A DNA stretch of 64,000 nucleotides from assembly GCA_964610335.1 (NCBI GenBank), contig CAZSVP010000002.1, forward strand, positions 14,376-78,375. Reading direction: 5' to 3'. The notes under the pieces were generated by a model that was not told where the DNA came from, ran no database searches, and was given only the letters and a program-made list of their open reading frames with translations. Position numbers and translations under genes: made by a program. Shown here piece by piece: positions 54,453 to 64,000 of this stretch (position 1 is its first letter; each line of letters opens with the position of its first letter). The DNA comes from an uncultured Candidatus Saccharibacteria bacterium (GTDB lineage: Bacteria; Patescibacteriota; Saccharimonadia; CAILAD01; BJGX01).

Positions 54453-55145
54453 CTACTGGCGGATCTTGCGTGGTTGCTTGGGCGGTTGTAGAGCAGCCTT
54501 GGCTCGCTGATTGTCAGGATCAATCTTGAGTATGGCGCGGAATACCTTCTTGGCACCGGCATCGTCTTTTTCATGTACATAGGCTTCGGCCTCGAGTTGC
54601 ATAATATCAATGTTCTTAGGCTCGAGCTTTAGAGCTTCGTGGAGCACCTCTAGCTGCTTATCAAACTTATGCAGTATGCGGTATATACGTGCCAGAGTAA
54701 TAAAACGATTTACATTGGGTTCCATATGGACTGACTTCTCAAGTGCCTCGGCCGACTGGCTGTAGTCATGGTTTTTAAAATACATCATGGCGAGATTATG
54801 ATAACTTGCTGCATTGGGATACATTTGTGCCACTATACGAAAACACTCGATAGCATCGTCGGTATTACCCAGGTGTGAATACACAAAGCCAAGCCGACTG
54901 TAGGCTAGGCTGTTTTTGTGATCGATCTTGAGTACCTTAAGATAAGCCTTCTCCGCTGCCAAGAAGTTGCGTTCTTGGTAGTATCTACCTGCCACTTCTA
55001 ACAAGGCCTCAAGCTGGTCATCGTGTGATATGGCATTGCTATTTGTGGAGTCTATAAGGCTCGCAGCCAAGCGACTGCGACGGGTAACAATCACGCTATA
55101 AGCTGCGATTGCAAAGGCTATAACAATAATGGTTTCGAGTATCAT
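54453..55145 (-). CDS. Membrane-anchored TPR protein
   Basis: N-terminal TM plus TPR repeats; ATG 55145 overlaps the holB stop. Confidence 0.85.
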   Translation of the reverse strand: MILETIIVIAFAIAAYSVIVTRRSRLAASLIDSTNSNAISHDDQLEALLEVAGRYYQERNFLAAEKAYLKVLKIDHKNSLAYSRLGFVYSHLGNTDDAIECFRIVAQMYPNAASYHNLAMMYFKNHDYSQSAEALEKSVHMEPNVNRFITLARIYRILHKFDKQLEVLHEALKLEPKNIDIMQLEAEAYVHEKDDAGAKKVFRAILKIDPDNQRAKAALQPPKQPRKIRQ

Positions 55146-55972
55146 GATAGTTTTAGAGCCAGCCACTCGAGGGCTAGTTTGGGTTGTACGTGTGCACGGA
55201 TCGCACGCAAACACCACAGTGTCACCTCAACATCTGCTGACCGCTCTAGTATAGAGAACTTTTTGCCAAATGTGTAGAGCAAACCCAACACGAACTGTTC
55301 TGGTGAGCCGGATTTGGCAATCTCTGCAATAGCCACAAAACGATCGCTAACAGTGCCAGCTAAGAAGCTATCAACTTGTTGTTGCCTGAGCCGTTGCAGC
55401 TCCAGTGCTTCGCTAGAATTGGCTAGTTCTAGAGCTTGTAATGGTAATCCCTGCGCTAAGCCCACAACCTCAGACGCTACCCCTCCATAAGCTTGCATAA
55501 AATTCTCGATCTGCTGATCGTCTAGCGGTAACAACGGGATGGTTAGTACCCGTGAGCGTACAGTGGATGGTAGCTGCTCGGCACTACTTGCCACCAACAC
55601 CAGTACAACATGTGGTGGTGGCTCTTCTAGTACCTTGAGCAATGCATTGGCAGCCTCAGTACTCATGCGATCAGCTTGCATAACCACGCCAGCACGTATG
55701 CCATCCAGCCGTGCCGAAGTGCGCCATAAGTGCTCTATCAACTCACGAACTTGAGCGATCGATACTGTACTAGTCGCTGGCACTACCTTGGCAACCTCAG
55801 CGTCAGTGAGATTAGGGTCTTGTTGTCGTAACAACCACATAGCAGCTTGCTCAGTGCCCAACCCACTATCACCCTCCAACAAGTATGCATGGTGTTGCAA
55901 ACGCGCTGCTTTATGTAGGCGCTGCATACTTGCCGGGTGCAATAGCTGTTCCACCGCTACAGTTGGTTTCAT
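55142..55972 (-). CDS. holB: DNA polymerase III delta' subunit
   Basis: HAYLLEG, AANALLKVLEEPP and LPSTVRSR motifs. Confidence 0.85.
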   Translation of the reverse strand: MKPTVAVEQLLHPASMQRLHKAARLQHHAYLLEGDSGLGTEQAAMWLLRQQDPNLTDAEVAKVVPATSTVSIAQVRELIEHLWRTSARLDGIRAGVVMQADRMSTEAANALLKVLEEPPPHVVLVLVASSAEQLPSTVRSRVLTIPLLPLDDQQIENFMQAYGGVASEVVGLAQGLPLQALELANSSEALELQRLRQQQVDSFLAGTVSDRFVAIAEIAKSGSPEQFVLGLLYTFGKKFSILERSADVEVTLWCLRAIRAHVQPKLALEWLALKLS

Positions 55973-56850
55973 AGGCTTTGTAAGAATCCCTCTAGCTCAG
56001 TTGGTAATGCCGCTTCAAACTGCTGGCTAACGCCTGGCGCTATCTCACACTTCAGGCTAGCTGCGTGCAAGAACATCCGCTCGAGCCCATCTGGTCGAGG
56101 CTTACGACTATATAGAGGATCACCCACTACAGCATGTCCTAGGTGTGCAAAGTGCACCCGGATCTGATGCATCCGACCAGTTAATATTTGAATCTCTACC
56201 AGGCTATAGTCGTGATATTGCTGCCGCAGCCGATACTCTGTCACTGCCATACGCCCAGATTGCTCAACCGACATCAATGCCGGCGACTTGGTACTGCGGC
56301 CAATCGGCAGCTCCAGCCTAGCCAATTGGTGCTCGAGCTTACCCCACACCAGTGCCAGATATGTCTTCTCAACAGTGTGAGCCTTGAACTGTGATTGTAA
56401 AAGCTTCTTGGTAGCGGCATTGCGTGCCAAGATCATCACCCCACTAGTATCACGATCTAGCCGGTGCACTATGCCTGGCCTTACCAGATCACTGTCTTCC
56501 ACCTGATCGGCAAATGCAGTAGCTACAGAAAAAGCATTGGACTTAGCAGGTGTTGGATGACTTAGCACGCCCGCTGGTTTGTTGATAACAATCACGTTGT
56601 CATCTTGATGGATTACCGGTATATCGACTGTTTTCTCTGATTCCTCCTGAGAGACTGGTGTGATCTGGATCGCATCACCATCTGACACATGATAAGACGG
56701 CTTAACTGACTGTTTGTTCACTAACACCAAGCCAGATGTGATCTGGCGCTGCCAGCCACTGCGAGTGTTTTCTGGGCGCAACTCACAAAGTAATTGGTCC
56801 AGCCGCTGTCCCGCATATTTGTCACTCACCACTATCTGAGATTTGCTCAT
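55969..56850 (-). CDS. rluD: RluA-family pseudouridine synthase with S4 domain (RluD-like)
   Basis: GIVHRLDRDTSG and TGRMHQIRVH. Confidence 0.9.
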   Translation of the reverse strand: MSKSQIVVSDKYAGQRLDQLLCELRPENTRSGWQRQITSGLVLVNKQSVKPSYHVSDGDAIQITPVSQEESEKTVDIPVIHQDDNVIVINKPAGVLSHPTPAKSNAFSVATAFADQVEDSDLVRPGIVHRLDRDTSGVMILARNAATKKLLQSQFKAHTVEKTYLALVWGKLEHQLARLELPIGRSTKSPALMSVEQSGRMAVTEYRLRQQYHDYSLVEIQILTGRMHQIRVHFAHLGHAVVGDPLYSRKPRPDGLERMFLHAASLKCEIAPGVSQQFEAALPTELEGFLQSL

Positions 56851-56902
56851 GCACCTATTATCTCCTATGTTCTGGTATTAAAGCAATCAATAACGAAAGA
56901 AC

Positions 56903-57026
56903 TTGAAAACAACTGTAAGAGATGAAGTGCAAGGCGATAGTGAGTAGCACACTAAGCTGTAGTAGACCTACAGCGAGGAGCAACGCAGCTATCAACGAAG
57001 TAATTCGCTCTTACAGTTGTTTTCAA
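56903..57026. repeat. Palindromic intergenic element, copy B
   Basis: Perfect 19-bp terminal IR TTGAAAACAACTGTAAGAG; core shared with copy A. Confidence 0.78.
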
Positions 57027-58006
57027 ATATGGGTATTTAATGATTCCAGTTGAGTCTTAGTCCCCATCACCACCAGCTTATCACCAGGGTAAAGTATCTC
57101 TCGTCCAGATGGGTTGACCTTGCTATGGCCATCACGATTGTTGATAGCCAAAAATGTCGTTCCTGTACCGTGCTCAATTAGTTGGCTGAGCCGCCCACCT
57201 ACAGCCTTGGAATACTTCGGCACCTCTATCTCTTCGATCTGAAGCTCGGCACTGCGGTTGGTGCTTAGTACATCCAAGAAATCCACCACATTGGGTCGGA
57301 GTACCATGCTAGCCATGTGGAATGCTCCGATCTGTGCTGGCTGAGCTACCTTGTCGGCACCGGCTTGGATCATGCGTTGCATATTACTTTCACGATTGAC
57401 TCGAGCCACTATGAACAAACTAGGGTTCATCTGGCGGGCTGCCAGGGTCACGAACAGATTGTGATAGTCTTCACCTAACGCACTAACTAGTCCTTTGGCC
57501 TTCTCGATATGAGCCTTTTGCAGTACACCTTCGTCACTACTATCACCTATAAAAGCATTGTAGCCCATCTTGATGGCTTCTTTGACCTTATCTTCGTCGC
57601 GGTCTATGGCCACAAATGGCACGTTTTCATCTGCCAATTCACGAGCTACCTGGGAGCCGACTCGGCCCAGGCCACAGACTATGTAATGATCTTTGATTTT
57701 GGTAAGTTGTGCGCGCACTTTTTGCCTCTTTAAACTATCGCCTAGATTAATGATATATTCTCCAAAGCTCTTAAGCAAATATGCCAGGATAACTAAGCTG
57801 GAGATAATCAATATTATTATAGATGCACGAGCTATTGGGCTCTCCATATGGAAGTTGTCGTGATGGCTGAGAAGTATATAAACCGATCTGTACAGACCCT
57901 CGTCGAGCCCTACTCCCTCTGAAAATGAGAACAACAAAGTGCCAAGTATTACCACACCTAGCACGAGTGCTATAAGTTTATAGATGGTTTTGCGCTCTAT
58001 AATCAT
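57023..58006 (-). CDS. MthK-like 2-TM channel with RCK (TrkA-N/C) domains
   Basis: HYIVCGLGRVG; ATG 58006 follows a TATAAT box; no TVGYG filter. Confidence 0.88.
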   Translation of the reverse strand: MIIERKTIYKLIALVLGVVILGTLLFSFSEGVGLDEGLYRSVYILLSHHDNFHMESPIARASIIILIISSLVILAYLLKSFGEYIINLGDSLKRQKVRAQLTKIKDHYIVCGLGRVGSQVARELADENVPFVAIDRDEDKVKEAIKMGYNAFIGDSSDEGVLQKAHIEKAKGLVSALGEDYHNLFVTLAARQMNPSLFIVARVNRESNMQRMIQAGADKVAQPAQIGAFHMASMVLRPNVVDFLDVLSTNRSAELQIEEIEVPKYSKAVGGRLSQLIEHGTGTTFLAINNRDGHSKVNPSGREILYPGDKLVVMGTKTQLESLNTHI

Positions 58007-58061
58007 AAGCAATATTATAGCGTATCTGATTTGATTGGAGAAATACTCGACTTCAGTAACT

Positions 58062-58090
58062 AAAAAGATCCGCCTGAGGCGGATCTTTTT
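58062..58090 (-). terminator. rpsI terminator
   Basis: AAAAAGATCCGCC-tga-GGCGGATCTTTTT. Confidence 0.85.
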
Positions 58091-58097
58091 AGGTTGT

Positions 58098-58523
58098 TTA
58101 ACGCTTACTAAACTGTGGTGCTTTACGGGCCTTCTTAAGACCAGGCTTCTTACGCTCTTTTTCGCGAGGATCACGGGTTAGGAAACCACCTTTTTTGAGT
58201 GACGGACGAAAGTCGGGTGCCATCTCTATAAGTGCACGTGCAATTGCAAGCATGGCTGCATCGGCTTGGCCACTAAGACCACCACCGTGAGGTTGGATAT
58301 TTACATCCACGGCATCGAGCTTGCCAACCAGCTTGAGGGGCTGTTTGATGCGGGCTACGACAGTTTGATTGCCAAAGTAGTCCTCGAGTGTCTGAGTACC
58401 GTTGACGGTGTAGACGCCCTTGCCGGTGGTTAGACGTACTGTTGCTATAGATTGTTTGCGTCGCCCTGTAGCTCCATAATAATTACTTTTCTTGGTCTTG
58501 GGGGTTGTGGTTGTTTCTGTCAT
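58098..58523 (-). CDS. rpsI: 30S ribosomal protein S9
   Basis: TGRRK, GGGLSGQA and KAPQFSKR. Confidence 0.98.
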   Translation of the reverse strand: MTETTTTPKTKKSNYYGATGRRKQSIATVRLTTGKGVYTVNGTQTLEDYFGNQTVVARIKQPLKLVGKLDAVDVNIQPHGGGLSGQADAAMLAIARALIEMAPDFRPSLKKGGFLTRDPREKERKKPGLKKARKAPQFSKR

Positions 58524-58525
58524 AG

Positions 58526-58966
58526 TTATACCTCTAATTTCTCTGGTTTTTGACCTTCATGCGTGTGTTCTGCACCAGCGAATACCTTCAAGTTGCGCAA
58601 CATCACAGCTTGCAACTTATTCTTAGGTAGCATACCAGCCACCGCATGCTCTATTACCCGCTCTGGATGTTTGGTAAGCTGATCTTCGAGATTAATCTCT
58701 TTGATACCACCTGGATAACCACTGTGACGATAGTACATCTTGTCATTGAGCTTGTTACCAGTCACCTTGATCTTAGCAGCATTGATTACTACTACGGCGT
58801 CACCGCCTACAACATGAGGTGTGTAGGTAGGTTTGTGCTTACCACTTAGCAGTGTAGCAATCTTGGTAGAGAGACGGCCAAGGGTCTGGCCTGAAGCGTC
58901 TACCAGGTACCACTTGGTTTCTGCATCGGCAGGTTTCTGACTATAAGTTTTAGTAAGTGTTTTCAT
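58526..58966 (-). CDS. rplM: 50S ribosomal protein L13
   Basis: [15 protein letters not shown] and HSGYPGG. Confidence 0.98.
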   Translation of the reverse strand: MKTLTKTYSQKPADAETKWYLVDASGQTLGRLSTKIATLLSGKHKPTYTPHVVGGDAVVVINAAKIKVTGNKLNDKMYYRHSGYPGGIKEINLEDQLTKHPERVIEHAVAGMLPKNKLQAVMLRNLKVFAGAEHTHEGQKPEKLEV

Positions 58967-59526
58967 TATTTATCACCTCGACGATTGCGGCCAGTTATAC
59001 TTCGTACTGAAGTAGCCTTGGTGGCTGTAGATTTGGCAGTGGTTTTGCGCACCACAGTTGCTTCTTCTTTCTTCGATTTCTTGTCGGCCTTTTTGTCCTC
59101 AGGTTTAGCTGCTTTGGCGGCCTTGTCTTGCTCGGCCTTAGTATCGGCGGCTTTTTTGATATAGTCTTCGTCAAGCAACAGCTCAATCACTACCATCGGC
59201 GCATTATCACCCCGGCGAGCACCGGTCTTGATAACTCGGGTATAGCCACTGTTACGGCTTTGAAAACCATTGACGAGATCAAAGTACAGCTTCTGGCCAG
59301 CCACAGGGTTGATCACTTCGCTTAGTATCTGACGATAGCCATGCAAAGTTTGAGTCTTGGCCTTAGTAACGAGCTTGTCAAAAAGAGGTTTGATAGCTCG
59401 GGCCTTGGCTTCGGTAGTCTCGATGCGCTCGTACAGAATCAACGAATCAAGCAAACCACGCACTAGAGCCCGACGAGGCCCGGCAGTGCGAGAGAGCTTA
59501 TTTTGTTTGATTCCGTGAGCGTGCAT
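58966..59526 (-). CDS. rplQ: 50S ribosomal protein L17 with C-terminal extension
   Basis: [12 protein letters not shown] and RRGDNAPM. Confidence 0.96.
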   Translation of the reverse strand: MHAHGIKQNKLSRTAGPRRALVRGLLDSLILYERIETTEAKARAIKPLFDKLVTKAKTQTLHGYRQILSEVINPVAGQKLYFDLVNGFQSRNSGYTRVIKTGARRGDNAPMVVIELLLDEDYIKKAADTKAEQDKAAKAAKPEDKKADKKSKKEEATVVRKTTAKSTATKATSVRSITGRNRRGDK

Positions 59527-59545
59527 AATAGTATCCTTTTGGACC

Positions 59546-60481
59546 TTAGTCCTTCTTAATCCCCAACTCGTTCATCTTAGCGATTACTTCTTCAAGTGCT
59601 TTGGCGCCAAAGCCTTTGAGCTCTTTTAGATCAGCCCCACTAAGCTCCATCAATTCTTTGATGGTACGAATGTCGTTGTTAAGAAGTGCATTGGTAGTAC
59701 GGGGGCTAAAGTTAACTTCCTCAACTCCAATACTTGCCATGTCAGCTTCTTGCTTCTCGGCTGCAGTTACAATTCCACCAGTACCGACCGATACTACATC
59801 GTGACCAGCGATTACCTGGAAGTGACCTACCAAGATCTCAGCTGACTGCATAATAGCATCGCTTGGGCTGATACTACCATCGGTCTCGACTTCAATAATT
59901 AGCTTGTCTAAGTCGGTCATCTGCCCAACACGAGTGTTCTCGACTTGATAACGAACTCGGCGAATAGGAGTATAAATAGCATCAACAGCTATCATACCGA
60001 CTGGCAGCTTCTCACCTTGTCGGCTCTCGACTGGTGCATAACCACGACCTCGCTCGATGCGAAGCTCAATTTCAATCTTGCTGCGTGCACCATCTAGGTT
60101 AGCAATCTCTAGATCTTTGTTGACTACTTCTAGCCCTGCTGGACACTCTATATCAGCCGCTGTAACTACACCAGCTCCGCTTTTCTTGAGCGTAGCAGTG
60201 GCGCTATCTTCGCTTTCGAGGTTGAAGCGTACTTGTTTAAGATTGAGCAAAATCTCAATCACATCTTCACGCACGCCAGCCACTGTTGAGAACTCATGGC
60301 TTACACCATCAATCTTAACTGCTGTAATGGCGCTGCCAGCAAGGCTGCTCAATAGTACTCGACGCATCGAGTTACCAAGCGTCATGCCGTAGCCTGGGTA
60401 GAGAGGCTCTACTGTAAATGTAGAACGGTTCTCGTCCTGTTTGTCTTCTTTTAGTTCTGGTAGATTGATATCGTACAACAC
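59546..60481 (-). CDS. rpoA: RNA polymerase alpha subunit
   Basis: EPLYPGYGMTLGNSMRRVLLSS motif. Confidence 0.98.
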   Translation of the reverse strand: MLYDINLPELKEDKQDENRSTFTVEPLYPGYGMTLGNSMRRVLLSSLAGSAITAVKIDGVSHEFSTVAGVREDVIEILLNLKQVRFNLESEDSATATLKKSGAGVVTAADIECPAGLEVVNKDLEIANLDGARSKIEIELRIERGRGYAPVESRQGEKLPVGMIAVDAIYTPIRRVRYQVENTRVGQMTDLDKLIIEVETDGSISPSDAIMQSAEILVGHFQVIAGHDVVSVGTGGIVTAAEKQEADMASIGVEEVNFSPRTTNALLNNDIRTIKELMELSGADLKELKGFGAKALEEVIAKMNELGIKKD

Positions 60482-60506
60482 CGCTTTGACTCCTTATTTC
60501 TTATTA

Positions 60507-61118
60507 TTAACGTGAGTAAAACTCAATAATTAATTGCTCTTCGATCGGATCGGTAATCTCTTCGCGCAACGGCAGACTGGTAACAGTAGCAGAAAACTTC
60601 TTGGGCTCGAGCTTGAGCCAGCTTGGTGGGGTGGTAGTGCTAAAAGCTTCGGCACCAGCAGCAAAATATGGTTTTTGCTGACTAGACTCTTTTATCGCGA
60701 TCACATCACCAGGCTTCACACAGATCGACGGAACGTCTACTTTCTTGCCATTGAGCGTCAGGTGAGCATGGCTCACAAGCTGGCGCGCAGATTGGCGAGA
60801 AGGTGCTAGGCCCATGCGATAAACTGTGTTGTCTAAGCGTCTTTCTAGCAACTGCAACAAGATCTCGCCACTTACACCCTCTTGACGCTCTGCCTCTGTC
60901 ACATAGCGTCGGAATTGTTTTTCAAGCACGCCGTACAAACGCTTGACCTTTTGCTTCTCTCGAAGCTGTACAGCATAGTCGCTAGGCTTGGCGCGACGAG
61001 CTTGACCATGAAGACCAGGCACATAGTTACGCTTTTCCAGCGCTTTGACGGCCTTGGGATGCAAGGCAATCCCTTCTCGACGTGAGATCTTAGCGATAGC
61101 TCCTGTGTAACGTGCCAT
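60507..61118 (-). CDS. rpsD: 30S ribosomal protein S4
   Basis: QLREKQK, LERRLDN and IEFYSR. Confidence 0.98.
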   Translation of the reverse strand: MARYTGAIAKISRREGIALHPKAVKALEKRNYVPGLHGQARRAKPSDYAVQLREKQKVKRLYGVLEKQFRRYVTEAERQEGVSGEILLQLLERRLDNTVYRMGLAPSRQSARQLVSHAHLTLNGKKVDVPSICVKPGDVIAIKESSQQKPYFAAGAEAFSTTTPPSWLKLEPKKFSATVTSLPLREEITDPIEEQLIIEFYSR

Positions 61119-61519
61119 TAGACTCTCCTCGGCTTTCTTGGTCGGCAGCCATTGTGTGGTATACCTGTCATGTCACGAATGGAACCAATCTCAATGCCGG
61201 CAGCCATCAATGCGCGTACGGCTGACTCGCGACCACCACCAATGCCTTTAACAATTACATCGGCTTTCTTGAGACCCAAATCCTTGGCCTGACTCAAAAC
61301 TTTTTCAGTCGCGATTTGAGCGGCATAAGGAGTAGATTTGCGAGACCCTTTGAATCCAGCAGCCCCAGCGCTAGACCAGACTGCAACGGCACCTTTTTCG
61401 TCTGTAATCGACACAATTGTGTTGTTGAATGAAGACTGAATATGAACCATACCCTTGGTGAGAGTGATTTTCTTCTTCTTGCGTTTTGCTTTAACTGGTG
61501 TAGGGGTTGCTTCTGCCAT
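61118..61519 (-). CDS. rpsK: 30S ribosomal protein S11
   Basis: [14 protein letters not shown] and PHNGCRP. Confidence 0.98.
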   Translation of the reverse strand: MAEATPTPVKAKRKKKKITLTKGMVHIQSSFNNTIVSITDEKGAVAVWSSAGAAGFKGSRKSTPYAAQIATEKVLSQAKDLGLKKADVIVKGIGGGRESAVRALMAAGIEIGSIRDMTGIPHNGCRPRKPRRV

Positions 61520-61528
61520 AGTATTACC

Positions 61529-61915
61529 TTAAGTTTTAGCTGCTGCCTTAATACGTCCGCTACCAACTGTTACGCGCTTACCACGTTTAGTACGAGCATT
61601 TGTCTTGGTGCGTTGTCCTCGAACGGGCAATTTGGCACTGTGACGCAAGCCTCGGTAGGCCTTGATCTCTTTGAGACGCTTGATATTGCCTGTTACCTCG
61701 CGTGAGAGGTCAGCCTCTACTACGTAATTGGTATCGACATACTCACGAATCTTGCTCAATTGATCTTCGGTAAGATCTTTGACTCGAGTGTTTGGATCAA
61801 CACTTATTGCTTGCAATATCTGTTTGGCTCGGACTTCACCAATGCCATAGATATAAGTCAAGGCTACTTCAACGCGCTTTTCGTTCGGTATGTTGGTACC
61901 AGCTACACGTGCCAT
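61529..61915 (-). CDS. rpsM: 30S ribosomal protein S13
   Basis: ALTYIYGIG and [13 protein letters not shown]. Confidence 0.98.
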   Translation of the reverse strand: MARVAGTNIPNEKRVEVALTYIYGIGEVRAKQILQAISVDPNTRVKDLTEDQLSKIREYVDTNYVVEADLSREVTGNIKRLKEIKAYRGLRHSAKLPVRGQRTKTNARTKRGKRVTVGSGRIKAAAKT

Positions 61916-61918
61916 GGC

Positions 61919-62032
61919 CTAACCTTGCCTCTGCTTATGTTTGGGGTTTTCACAAATAACGGCGACCTGACCGCGACGACGAACGATCTTACAGCGGGCA
62001 CACATTTTTTTTACTCCGGCACGAACCTTCAT
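61919..62032 (-). CDS. rpmJ: 50S ribosomal protein L36
   Basis: Below the ORF track cutoff; manual translation [37 protein letters not shown]. Confidence 0.96.
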   Translation of the reverse strand: MKVRAGVKKMCARCKIVRRRGQVAVICENPKHKQRQG

Positions 62033-62049
62033 TTGCTTGAATACTCCAA

Positions 62050-62268
62050 TTACTTACGATAGGTGATACGGCCCTTGCTGAGATCATATGGAGTCATCTC
62101 TAGCACAACCGTGTCACCTGGTAGTATTTTTATATAATGCATGCGCATCTTGCCTGCCACATGCGCCAATATCTCATGACCATTTTCTAGTTTTACTTTA
62201 AAAGTCGTATTGGGCAAGGCCTCCAAAACGGTACCTTCAACTTCTAGTAATTCCTTTTTATTGCTCAT
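62050..62268 (-). CDS. infA: Translation initiation factor IF-1
   Basis: [10 protein letters not shown] and [10 protein letters not shown]. Confidence 0.98.
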   Translation of the reverse strand: MSNKKELLEVEGTVLEALPNTTFKVKLENGHEILAHVAGKMRMHYIKILPGDTVVLEMTPYDLSKGRITYRK

Positions 62269-62325
62269 GAGTACTTAGTTACAATCATTGATTATACCCC
62301 ATCTGGTCTAATCTGTAAACCCCTT

Positions 62326-63645
62326 TTAATACTTTTCATAGGTTGCCATCAATGCTTTAGATTCGACCTGCTTCATGGTTTCGATGACTACAGCTACAAT
62401 GATCAACAACCCAGTACCACCTATACTTACCAATGCTGACGAATTGGACATAAACCGCTGCAGTACAAATGGGAAAAGCGCCAATATACCAAGCGAGAAC
62501 GCTCCTACCAAGGTTATGCGGTTGATGATAGTTTTGAGGTATTTTACAGTTTCAGTACCTGGACGCACACCTGGTATAAAACCACCTTGTTTTTGTAGAT
62601 TTTCGGCTATTTCACTGGGTCTGAATATGATACCAGTGTAGAAGAATGTAAAGCTAAATACTAACAGGAAGTACGTAATTGCATATATCCAGCTGGTTGG
62701 CTGGAACCAACGGCTCAGAGTAGTGGCCATATTGGCTACCCAGGAGGAGCTAGCATTGGAGAATAATTGTCCTAAGAACGCCGGTACACTTAAAAACGCT
62801 AATGCAAAGATTATTGGCACCACACCAGCTGATATTACCCTAAGAGGCAAATGTGTATCGACACTACTACCAGCAGCAATTGCCGTGGTACGACGAGCAT
62901 ATGAGATAGGAATGTTACGCTGACCTTCATTGAGATAGACTACAAATACGATCGCCACAAAAGCGATGGCAGCAAGGGCGATTAATCCAATTAACTTGGT
63001 ACTGTCAGCTTGAGCCAAGCCGAACTGTTGGATAACCGTACCTGGCAGACTCGCTACAATACCGGCTAAGATAAGTATCGATATACCATTACCAATACCA
63101 TATTCGGTAATCAATTCACCAAGCCAAGTAAGCAATAAGCTACCTGCAACTATACTACTAATCATCAGTACCCACTGAGCTATAGTCGGGCTACCTATCA
63201 CATCGACGCCACCTACTTGGACAGACAATGTACGCACAAATGCCACCATGGCAATGGATTGGATTATGGCCAATGGTACAGTAAGCAAGCGAGTATAATG
63301 GTTGATCTTGGCGCGGCCAGACTCACCCTCCTTCTGCAGCTCATTGAGCTTGGGGACTACCTGAGTCAACAACTGGATAATAATGGAAGCATTGATGTAG
63401 GGCCCAAGTCCCATCAAGATAATTGAGAAACGAGACATTGCTCCACCAGTAAACAGGTTGGCAAAGCCGAGCAGTGGACTACTCTGGAACAATTTAAGTA
63501 AGAAATTTTGTAGCTTGTTGGTGTCCGGGACTGGCACTGGCACATTTGTTAGAACAGCGTATATAGCCAAAATACCCAATACTATAAGAATTCGTTTGCG
63601 TAAATCTTTGTTGGTATACAGCTGCCGCAAAAGCGCTTTGTTCAC
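62326..63645 (-). CDS. secY: Preprotein translocase SecY
   Basis: GLGPYINASII, GIGNGIS, GGFIPGVRPG and GGTGLLI. Confidence 0.98.
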   Translation of the reverse strand: MNKALLRQLYTNKDLRKRILIVLGILAIYAVLTNVPVPVPDTNKLQNFLLKLFQSSPLLGFANLFTGGAMSRFSIILMGLGPYINASIIIQLLTQVVPKLNELQKEGESGRAKINHYTRLLTVPLAIIQSIAMVAFVRTLSVQVGGVDVIGSPTIAQWVLMISSIVAGSLLLTWLGELITEYGIGNGISILILAGIVASLPGTVIQQFGLAQADSTKLIGLIALAAIAFVAIVFVVYLNEGQRNIPISYARRTTAIAAGSSVDTHLPLRVISAGVVPIIFALAFLSVPAFLGQLFSNASSSWVANMATTLSRWFQPTSWIYAITYFLLVFSFTFFYTGIIFRPSEIAENLQKQGGFIPGVRPGTETVKYLKTIINRITLVGAFSLGILALFPFVLQRFMSNSSALVSIGGTGLLIIVAVVIETMKQVESKALMATYEKY

Positions 63646-63652
63646 GTTCCTC

Positions 63653-64000
63653 CTATGACTTACTTGGTTTATCGGATAGTTCTGATTTAGCTGAGACTGT
63701 TGGCTTACTATCTGTTAATTGAACACTGCCACCGGCTGCTTCAATCTTCTTAACTGCTTGCTTTGACGCTGCCGCAACAGAAACTGTCAGTTTGGTAGAA
63801 ACATCGCCCATGCTCAGTAGCTTTATAGTACTCTGTTTGCCTTTGACAATACCAGCCTCGGCCAAAACTTCTGAGTTAATAACGGCTTTTTTCAATTTTG
63901 TAAGATCACTAATATTGACGATTTCAAACACTACCTTGGGGTTGGCATTGAAACCGCGTTTCTTAGGTAATCGTCGGCTTAATTTGGTTTGCCCACCTTC
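63653..64000 (-). CDS. rplO: 50S ribosomal protein L15 (partial, runs off the window end)
   Basis: EGGQTKLSRRLPKKRGF and KIEAAGG; upstream of secY. Confidence 0.95.
   Translation of the reverse strand, partial: EGGQTKLSRRLPKKRGFNANPKVVFEIVNISDLTKLKKAVINSEVLAEAGIVKGKQSTIKLLSMGDVSTKLTVSVAAASKQAVKKIEAAGGSVQLTDSKPTVSAKSELSDKPSKS

Noticed and set aside
58007-58174. N-terminal extension of the channel ORF (also the extended starts of rplJ, dnaB, tmk and the TPR gene)
   Set aside because: The channel extension runs through the rpsI terminator and gene; in each case a downstream start has better signals.
62269-62325. Absence of adk/map between secY and infA as a novelty
   Set aside because: Variable across bacteria; the genes may lie elsewhere in the genome.
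1-64000. CRISPR array, prophage, IS or integron integrase, rRNA
   Set aside because: No regularly spaced repeats and no cas, phage structural, transposase, integrase or rRNA sequences recognised.

Overview
A 64-kb chromosomal segment with standard genetic code, most consistent with a Patescibacteria (CPR) genome, probably Saccharibacteria-like. This placement is inferred from compact overlapping operons, many leaderless-type genes, ribosomal proteins with long low-complexity extensions and the tandem-domain ThyX. Core blocks, nearly all on the minus strand: cysS; dnaX-dnaB-...-ybaB-recR; rplJ-rplL; secE-nusG-rplK-rplA; rluD-holB; and rplO-secY-infA-rpmJ-rpsM-rpsK-rpsD-rpoA-rplQ-rplM-rpsI. There are four tRNAs (Tyr, Thr, Thr, Trp). 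Accessory content: a dcd-tmk-thyX-glyA thymidylate cluster, a C50-type carotenoid cluster with a CrtEb::GT2 fusion, a four-gene lipid-linked glycosylation cassette, a vWA/MoxR-ATPase triplet, an ECF sigma module, a ferric reductase-cytochrome b5 pair, and copper-resistance and DHFR-family cassettes behind tRNA-Trp. The most interesting signals are non-coding: (1) a covarying ~110-nt structured motif directly upstream of two separate tRNA loci; (2) a related ~120-bp covarying palindromic intergenic element present twice; (3) two parallel leader-peptide attenuators in front of an ABC exporter and a GNAT; (4) repeated copies of the tRNA-Trp 3' end that delimit integrase-free cassettes; (5) GC-rich self-contained gene cassettes with strong Shine-Dalgarno sites. 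All calls were made by eye from sequence and motifs; no searches or folding programs were run.
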